DNA from: Amoebidium appalachense
Taxonomy: Eukaryota > Protista > Ichthyosporea
NCBI GenBank assembly: GCA_963693365.1
Contig: CAVNZM010000004.1
Coordinates: 6,326,564-6,390,563 of the forward strand
DNA: 64,000 nt
Reading direction: 5' to 3'
In this document: positions 28,832 through 64,000 of the stretch, piece after piece
How positions within the stretch are numbered: the first letter of the stretch is position 1
Layout: every line of letters starts with the position of its first letter
Program-made: the position numbers and the translations under genes
The notes under the pieces: generated by a model
What the model saw: only the letters and a program-made list of their open reading frames with translations
Database searches by the model: none
Told to the model about the DNA's origin: nothing

Positions 28832-30194
28832 TGGTTAGCATCATATGCATAACAGACGGTCCAAAAGGCACACAATGAAGAACACGAAATGCAGGCAAGG
28901 GAAAATACATTTCACAAAATGAGTATGTAGCTTGGCCCATCTTCGGGGGGGAAGGAGGGGAGGGGAGGGGGAGGGGGGGGGGGGGGGGGGGGGATGCAAC
29001 AATAGGCAATGAGCCTTTACAGATGCAAAACAACTTGAAATGCTCTTATATCAAACGAGATCCAAGTTGCAAACTGTATACAACACCACACAGAACAACC
29101 CCCCCTCCCCCCCCCCCCAAAAAAAAAAGAAAGAATGGAAAATAACTACCAGGCACTATAGAAGGTGACATGTTAAACATCCTGATAGCAGGGCGGGGAA
29201 GGCGGAACCAATGTTACGGCTGTGCACATGCGCTGCACACAAGAGCATCTGAAGAACACAAGAGCAAAAATAGGCAATAAATAGGTCAGGCACAGCCAAA
29301 TCAGGCCACCCACCCTCATGGGCAGCTTGTATCCGTATTGGGGCAGCGGCAGCGCCATATTGCTGCACCGCCGGCAGAAGATCCGCCCACTGTTTTTTTT
29401 TGGGGGGGGGGGAGGGGGGGGAGGGGGAGGCGGCGAGGGGGGGGGGGGGGGGGGGGAGACCAGGAGACGAAAGTGGTTAGAGAACACGGAAGAATGCATA
29501 GGGGTGAAGTGAAGGGGGAAGCTGGGGGGGGGGGGGGGGGGGGAAGGAGCGAAGGTTGAAAACGACAACGAGGAATGGGCGGGGAGCAGGGGTGGAGAGG
29601 AGGGAGGGGAACACATGCATCGGAGGGCAAGAAGGCAAGGAAGGTAATAGAGGATGGTAAAGAAGGCAGCAAGGAAACGGAGACAAAACATTACAACAGG
29701 GCCGAAATTGGTAGTAGTGGGGTCTCACAGGGCAGCATCAAGGGAACACAAAATAAACCATTTGTGTGTGTCCCGTCAATTAAAACACTATTGATCAATT
29801 AATCACAAACAAAGGGTGATACAAATCAGATGAAACATGTGCAGGAAGAATCGTGTGCCATTTAATGAATGATACGTAACGGGCAATTGAACGACTCCCT
29901 ACACTTCACAAAAAACCGGGCATTGTTATTACTTCGTTTGTAGTGAGCTGGCTGGTGTCCCAGGGGGTAAAACGGAAAGGGGGGGGGGGGGGGGGGGGGG
30001 TTGAATTACCATTGTCGGCAATGGTGCTGTCGAAGAACAATCCACCCACGGTGGCCGTTACAATAAAATTAGGTAACTTGCAACGAGGGGGGGAGGGGGG
30101 GGGAGGGGGGGGGCAATAGCCTGGTACCAAAACAAAAGCCTTCCTTTCACTTGTACACCCAGAGCACTGCAATCGAATATTTTACACCACCCAG

Positions 30195-30232
<38 letters not shown>

Positions 30233-30611
30233 CCCTCTTCCCCCCTGGACTTCTCCATGTTCTCCACGTCCTTCTCATTCTTCTCCCTTCCCCCCTAACC
30301 TCCCTCCCCCCCCCCCCCCTCCCCAACACACAGACACACACACAAACACACACACACACGTTCCCATCCGCTCCCCCAACCCCACCTTCAATCTAGCCAA
30401 CCCCCACACACACTAGCACATATGAGCGCTATCAGCCCCACAATGTTTTTTGCCCCACATCCCCGGGTCTACCAACTCCCCACACGAGTGCTCGAATTCC
30501 CTCCACTGCATTCTCTCGTTGCCCATTATTTCTCCACCCCCACCCCTTGCCCCCATCTCCCTCTCACCCGCTATCCACCCATCCTCCCCGTCGGGCCGTC
30601 GCCCCCCCCCT

Positions 30612-30643
<32 letters not shown>

Positions 30644-31271
30644 CCCCAACCCCACACATACACGCACATGCACGTGCACGCACACACACGCCCACATCAC
30701 CCCTTTCGACCCATCGAGACACCTGTCTTCCCACACCGTCAATCCTCGAAACACCATTAGTTCTAACGACCAGCAATTTCTTCAACTGGTAAACCTTTCT
30801 TGACCCTCTGAGTCTTCACAATCACTCAAATCTTCTCCCACCCCCCCACCTCCCAACCCCAACCCCCTCCCCCTCCCCCTCCCCACCCCCTCCCCCCCCC
30901 CCCCCCCCCCTTGTCAACCTCTTCTCCGTCTCCCCCCCCCCCCCCCCACACACACACACACACACACACCACCACCCGCAAACACACACACTCCCTGTCA
31001 ACACCTATGTATAAATCACCATGTACATGCCTATGTTTCTTTCTCCCTCCTCTCAAGACCATCCACTTAACGTTCCTTTCCCCATCACATTGCTCCCTCA
31101 CCATCCCCCCTCCGCCCCTTCCCCCAGCCCAAGCTCCCCCCCCCCCCCCCCCCCCCCCCCCCCCGCCGCCCCTTTCCCCCAAACAGGAGGGGGTGGGGAG
31201 GTTGGGAGAGGGAGGGGGGGGGGGAAGGCTTGTGCACACAAGCAACTCCCCCCAACCCCCTCCCGCCCCCC

Positions 31272-31348
<77 letters not shown>

Positions 31349-31448
31349 TTCTCTTGTATGATGAGAATGCGGCCCTGCAGGCAAAGCAGCACGACACCTC
31401 CGAGTCAGCCACCCAAACCTGACGGGCCAGCCTTGGTGCCCCCTCCAT
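19012..31448 (-). CDS. FYVE zinc-finger plus armadillo-repeat protein (~630 aa, 19 exons)
   Basis: Phase-consistent GT-AG exons: 31347-31448, 30010-30026, 29314-29389, 28579-28687, 27812-27937, 26704-26777, 26093-26144, 25374-25496, 24862-24993, 24527-24658, 23909-24046, 22950-23075, 22160-22259, 21430-21571, 21239-21287, 20671-20760, 20115-20205, 19718-19805, 19012-19137. FYVE reads [38 protein letters not shown]...MRVCQEC. ARM-type helices include [12 protein letters not shown]...[32 protein letters not shown] and [12 protein letters not shown]. Confidence 0.88.
23743..23893 (-). repeat. 151-bp dispersed intronic repeat, copy 1 (inverted copy at 36982-37132)
   Basis: Its reverse complement matches 36982-37132 with about 7 substitutions; both copies are bordered by G/C homopolymer runs. 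Confidence 0.9.
30010..30026 (-). CDS. 17-nt microexon encoding the HHCRQ(C) core of the FYVE domain
   Basis: ttcttcgacag|CAC CAT TGC CGA CAA TG|gtaattc joins ...YKRK (phase 0) to T GGG CGG ATC TTC TGC (phase 2). Confidence 0.9.
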
Positions 31449-31656
31449 CTTCCTTGACAGGTGCTGGTGTGAGGATGGTCCGGGGAGGAAGAGGGGGGGG
31501 GGGGGGGGGGGGGACTAGCCACGACACCAGGTCACCTAATCCCCCTCCCCTTACCACCCACCACCCACCACCACCACCATCACCACAAAAGCTTTCCCAA
31601 AAACCGCACACAGATTTACAGGTCACCGTGACGCCCGGCACTTAACGTAACAAAAA

Positions 31657-31707
<51 letters not shown>

Positions 31708-31959
31708 TCTCCCTCAGGCCTCCCATACCCCCCTCCCCCTTCCCTCGCGGTCCCCGAGGGGAAGCGCCGGAGCTTGTTATCAACAAATACAGAGAGGAAG
31801 AAGAAGATTGTATCTAGATGTCCGTACCTGTGCACTCAAAGTGGCTGGAATAGAGGGTGATGGTCACGTGGGCCCAAAAAAGTGGAGGAGTGCTGATGGG
31901 CGATGGGTCCGCTGGTTGAAAGCTGTGAATCCTCACAGGCACATCTGTTTGCCAGTTAA

Positions 31960-32638
31960 GCGTATTATATTGATGTATTCTTTACGCCTTCTTGAGCATG
32001 AGACAACTAAACCAAACTTACTCTATAAACCTTTCTCTTATTCTCTTTTTGCCAATCACCCTATAAAGCGTCTGTCGAAAAAGTTCTCCCTATAAAGCGT
32101 CTGTCGAAACAAAAATTCTCTCCTTTTTTGTTGGTCCCTCCGCTTTCGTAACTGCGTCGATATACCGGCTATCAAGCCGAGGTACAAGACGGCACTAGTA
32201 ACTGCATGATAGTTATAAATGAAAGCACAAAAAAAACCGAAATATAAAAACACTTGTAAAGATTTTAAAGTTTAGTTTGAATTCATTGGACTTTTGCGGT
32301 TTAAAAACTTTACGTAATTTGGTCACCCAGCCTTCTTCCAGTAACGTCTGATTGGTGGTAAGTCGTTCACTTTGACGGTTGTGCGCAACGAAAAACGAGA
32401 AAAAAGCTCGAAAGAAAACGTTAAGTTAGTGTAACTCTTTTGATGTCTTGTAATGAGTGCTAAATGTTAGGATTGAGAGTTTACATAGCCACCAAAAAGC
32501 TAGAGCTTTTTGCCCAGCACACATTTTTAGTGTGGTTTGCGCGGTGAAGCTCTCCGCGCACCCGTGTTGCTGCCCCTATCATTTAGTGGATTCATGAGCA
32601 CTTCCGTCTTTTCTTGAGCCGGCGCAAAACAAGCAAAC
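31960..32638. promoter_or_regulatory. Putative bidirectional promoter between the FYVE-ARM gene (-) and the GT-A-like gene (+)
   Basis: Head-to-head ATGs about 1.2 kb apart. The segment is microsatellite-free and AT-richer, with CCAAT boxes (~32052, ~32349) and a 29-bp-period duplication ccctataaagcgtctgtcgaaa (32059/32088). Confidence 0.55.
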
Positions 32639-38273
<5,635 letters not shown>

Positions 38274-39245
38274 ATGGGGGGATGGTGTGTGTGCTTGTGT
38301 GTGTGTGTGTGTGCATGGGTGGTGCTGTTTGCTTGCGGGTCGGTGGGGTGGTTGGGTCTAATATAAACGTGTAAATGGTATGGGCGAGCCTCAAATAAGG
38401 TGTTTCAAACAGGGTGTAAATGTACAGAATTTGGTAACAGCAACACACTGAAAGTGACGAAGACATTGAAAGTGCACGGTTGGACAGTTGTGGTAATACG
38501 AAAGTTAGCAGGACATTTTGAATCATACGAAGTGATGTATTGTAGGATGGACCAGGAAAGATACAGTGAGTGTATACGCGCATATTTTCAACTGACATTC
38601 AACAAGATTGGAAATTTATGGTTTGCTCCGCATCAGGACTGCATGTAAGATAGTGCAGTTGCCAGCGGCTGTGTTTGGAATAAACTTATGTACAATGCTG
38701 GAATTCTCAGGCTTCTAAAACTCTTGGGTTCAATGGGGCGGACGGTACCACCCTTTAAGTTACCACGTGACTTGGGAATCGGTATCCGTTTGCTCGGTTC
38801 GTCATTTAAGTGTGGTTGCCTGCTAAACGAATGCAGCTTGTGCATACTGTTTAGTTCTATTGACCGCTGTATCTGAGCTTTAAGCACAGTACATGTGCAT
38901 GTGTATCTTCGTTTCGTAGTGCTTTCAAATTTATCAATCAATACCATGGGGGGCCTGGGGAGTAGTAAAGTTTCTGTGATCACACATTCTAAAACTTTAT
39001 GGTCATCGTAGTACAAAAACATTTCTTGAGGGGTGAACCAGAAAAGAGCGTCGCAGCCGAACGACCCGGGGTGACAAAGGCCCAAAAAATGCAGATTATC
39101 CGTAATACAGAAACAATTTTTGGAATAGATCTGGAACATCGAAGCCCAGCTCGAGAATTCTGTTTTTTTCTCAGGCACCGCAGGTGCACTCATTGACATT
39201 GAATTCAGGAAATGTCACGCATGGTCTCGGTCTCTCCCCCTCTCC

Positions 39246-39285
<40 letters not shown>

Positions 39286-39317
39286 TTGACCATACCTCTC
39301 CTATCCATAGATCTCTA

Positions 39318-39392
<75 letters not shown>

Positions 39393-39480
39393 ACCCACCC
39401 ACCCACCCACCCACAATCACACTCACACTCACACGGCTCACTCACTCACACACAACCCCAACCCCAACCCCAACCCACCT

Positions 39481-39525
<45 letters not shown>

Positions 39526-40373
39526 TATATATATATAAACTTATAACCAACAACTTACCCTCAAATCCTCCACCACCACCACCACACGACGGGTCCCCAT
39601 GCCGCGGCTAGCGGCAGCACTCACGTACGATGGCCCATGATTTGTTAAATTAACGTTGGTGTCACATAGGGCACCCTTTCCGTAGTACTAGTTTGTTTGT
39701 GTGTGTGTGTGTCACATGTCCGGGAGCATGTTAGTGAGTGTGCTAGTGTGTGTTTTTCACTTGTGTCACGGTGTGTATGTGTGTGTCACGGTGTGTGTAT
39801 TCAAGCTGTGTGCTGTGTGCAAAGGTGTGTGTACATGTGTGTGTCGTAATATTAGGCCCACGAATGTTGCGTCGGAAAGGGCGGAAGGCAATGAAAGGAT
39901 GGAAAGGAGAGGGAAGACGGCACACACACGGAGACTCTATTCAATGCCTACTATTAAATATCCTCAGGGGGCGGGCCTTTTTCAGAAACCATTCTTTGGA
40001 CTCGAGCAGAGCTACACCTAATTTGGGGCCAATTCAGCGAACTCGAGGCTGATTCGTTGCAATAAAACTTCATTTTCATTTTACGACATTTAGTTTATTT
40101 TTATTGGAACCATGATGCCACATGCACCCTTAATGTCAACATTTCTCACAGGTGTGTTTTCTGTTACTTTCTTTCTTTCTTTTTTTCTTTTTTTTTTTTT
40201 TTTTTTTGGGGGGGGGGGGGGGCATTGTACAACGGAAAACCGCCTGCTTTGTATGCACACGCACTTGCCCGGACGTGTGTCTGCACGTGTGTGTGTGTAT
40301 GTGTGTGTGTACACGTGTAGGTGTGTGTGTGTGTGCGCGCGTGTGTGCATTCGCTGTGCGTGCTGTCTTGAAT

Positions 40374-40547
40374 CTAACACGTACTGACGTGTTGGCGCAC
40401 GTGCGACGTTTAACATCTACTCAGGCGGTCCCTTTTAAGTAAAAAAAAAAAAAAAAAAAAAAAAAAGAAAGGAGGCACCGCCTCAGTAGGTGGTAGGTCT
40501 TGAATGTCCATGTATAGGATTCCTTCCGCAGACGAGGAGGGGAAGGG

Positions 40548-40584
<37 letters not shown>

Positions 40585-40784
40585 GGAGGGGGAGTCTCTT
40601 TATCAAAGAGATGGGGGAAAGCTGGGGGGGGGAGGGGGGGGGGGGGAGGGGGGGGGGGGGGGCTAACACGTACTGACGTGTTGCCGCACGTGCGACGTTT
40701 AACATCTACTCAGGCGTCCCTTTTAAGTAAAAAAAAAAAAAAAAAAAAAAAAAGAAAGGAGACACCGCCTCAGTAGGTGGTAGG
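40374..40784. repeat. Two direct copies (40374-40497, 40663-40784) of a ~123-bp unit containing a stem-loop with a poly-A loop
   Basis: ctaacacgtactgacgtgttg...catctactcaggcggtccctttt-(A)n-gaaaggaggcaccgcctcagtaggtg repeats with a period of 289 bp. Confidence 0.88.
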
Positions 40785-41613
40785 GGGGGGGGGGGGGGGG
40801 GGGGCAGACAATGCCATGATCGATTACATGAGTGAGTGGGGCAGGCGGGCACACAATCTTAGATCCATGTGCACGATGAGGTCGAGCGTGGTTCAGGCGC
40901 ATAGCACTGTGCTTGTCACGGAAGCCACACACGGCCGCATTGATAATCTAAAAGCATGCCGGGCAAACTATTACCAAAATCTTGAGATGAAAAGAGATGA
41001 AAGAAGGACTTTTTTTTGTGTGTGTGTGTGCGTGTGACTGTGTGTGTGTGTGCGTGTGCATGTGTGTGCACGTAAACAGCGAGTGAAAGGAGATGAAAAG
41101 GGGAGCTCGAGGGGGAGGGATGGGGGGCTCGATTCGAATACACTCAAAAGCTCAAACCATGATGTTGAGATCGTGCTTAAGGTTTATTTAAACGCGTCGG
41201 TCACGTGATTCATAGGAATAGGAATCCTCTCGTACACATGTGCATACATATCCCATGATAGTCATGGTGTACACATGGGCATGCACAAGGTATCATCCTC
41301 TACACACCTAGGCTAACCCTAGCTTTACCCCAGCATCAAATACATACAAGGTGCAAAGGTGGTGGGAGGTAGACCTTGACTAAAGTTCCTTTCGGGTTCA
41401 ACCACACTACCAAAAACATAAAACGGAGAGAACCATATTTCACAAAATCAAACAAATCCACATACATGCGCGCGATGACCAGATTCGGATACCCTCATAC
41501 CAGTTTATACCTAAGGCATAGGAACATACTCTGACTTCATTGACAGATTAGAGCCATTTTCTGGGTTGAATTTGGCCTCCCTTGTGTCCTGCAGCCTGGT
41601 TGTCGGTTCCTTG

Positions 41614-41671
<58 letters not shown>

Positions 41672-41812
41672 CTTCCCAAACAACACACACACACACACAC
41701 AGCCACCAACCCACCCCGCCCTCCGTCCACCAAGCACAACGACCACCACCTCCAACACTAACGGACACAAAGGGAAAGAAAAAATTCAAAAAAGGCCCAA
41801 AAAAAAAAAAAA

Positions 41813-41855
<43 letters not shown>

Positions 41856-42000
41856 AGGAGGGAAGAAAAAGGGGAAGAAGCCAGGCAACCGCTGCACTGC
41901 ATTCGACTTACACGTTATTGGAAAAGGAACATCAATGGCTCCCCAATCGCCCCATTACTCACCCCCCCCCCCCCCTCCCCACCCCCCTCCATACAAACCG

Positions 42001-59729
<17,729 letters not shown>

Positions 59730-60641
59730 GTTTGCACCCGCAGAGCTGGGCAGTTAGCAGGAGTAGGGACAAGAAGCGTATGTCAACCCGAAGGATATTT
59801 TTGCCATGGCCGCGTTTGACTACTAGGTGTGGTTGAGCTAGGCTGAGATTATTTAAAAGCGCTCCTAAACGTACTCACTTGGGATATAACTGTCCTGTTA
59901 TGGCAGCTTATCAGAACGAGCTCTCTGGTCTCTTCTACTGGCACATGTTGGCAAGCCTTGTAGGTTCTACCAGGAAAACACAAGGCCTCGCGCGCGGATT
60001 TGATTCAGAATTTGAAACTACAACCGTCAACTGTTGACGGATGTTCTTAAACCCCCTATACTCCGTTGCACCTTAACCAGACAAATTGTAACCGATTTTC
60101 AATTCCAGGTTGAGCAAGAGAAATGCAGCAAGCAGAGTACTATAATATAAACCAGCTGCGTGTAGTAGATTTACTAAAATCTACATAATGTGTGCCTTTT
60201 ACATTTTTGTACTTAGTATATGATACATACATGATGAGAAGTGGGTTTTGATAAACTTTTTAGATTCGAAAGTCTGGTTGCAAATTTTTTACGACCCACA
60301 ACTAAAGGTTTGGGGGATTCAATTGATGCGCTTACAGCCAATCATATTATCCGTTAATGACGTCAGCATTACCTAATGCCTTCTGCCACCCGAGGTTTCC
60401 TCAACCGTCAACATTAATTGTTTCACTTGGCTTGGTGTGTGTGCTCATACTGGTAACCCTGTAGTCCAGTGATGGGAAATGGAGAATCGTTGACCTAAAA
60501 AATCGTAATATGAGCCTGTGGCAGGGAACAGATAGCCTCCAAAACTCATCAAAAAGCCTACGAAGCAGCGAGTGTTGACATGCTCTGGATCTGAGCACTT
60601 TTATGATTGGAGGGTGATATTGGCAGGGGGCTTGGTGCAAG
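59730..60641. promoter_or_regulatory. Putative bidirectional promoter between NEK10 (-) and the membrane protein gene (+)
   Basis: Head-to-head ATGs about 0.9 kb apart, microsatellite-free, with CCAAT (~60338) and TGACGTCA (~60358). Confidence 0.5.
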
Positions 60642-63773
<3,132 letters not shown>

Positions 63774-63822
63774 GTACATAGATAGAAACCCCACCTCCCC
63801 CTCCTCTCACTCACCGTCTTGT

Positions 63823-63855
<33 letters not shown>

Positions 63856-64000
63856 CTCGCCCCCGGGGCCAGCCCCACCTTTTCCTCTCTCCCCTTTCTC
63901 TCTCGCTCTCTGCCCCCCCCCTTCTCCCCCCCCCCCCCCCCCCCCCCTGTCTTTGTTTGGTTTTTTTTCCGAGTGAATATAAATACGTTGAAAATTTGAA

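Noticed and set aside
59780-59990. RFX X-box upstream of NEK10 (tttgccatggccgc, ctgttatggcagc)
   Set aside because: Only half-site matches to GTNRCC-N0-3-RGYAAC.

Overview
Intron-rich eukaryotic genomic DNA, not prokaryotic. Most ORF-track entries are translations of poly-G/poly-C and (CA/TG)n tracts. Five spliced GT-AG genes can be rebuilt by hand. (1) A signal-peptide protein on the - strand with at least 25 thrombospondin type-1 repeats (TSR), each in its own symmetric phase-1 exon, plus one broken half-exon; it runs off the left edge. (2) A ~630-aa FYVE + armadillo-repeat protein (-) whose PI3P-binding HHCRxC core lies in a 17-nt microexon. (3) A divergently transcribed 292-aa GT-A-fold-like protein (+). 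(4) An ~877-aa NEK10 orthologue (-) whose kinase-domain introns hold three unrelated long fold-back palindromes. (5) A multi-pass membrane protein (+) running off the right edge. Non-coding features include intronic 'echo' copies of exon ends and donor sites, a 151-bp dispersed intronic repeat, a duplicated hairpin with a poly-A loop, and transcription-polarised poly-C/(CA)n tracts at splice sites. The host looks like an intron-rich unicellular eukaryote, possibly holozoan; this is a low-confidence inference. All models are manual and have no RNA or database support.
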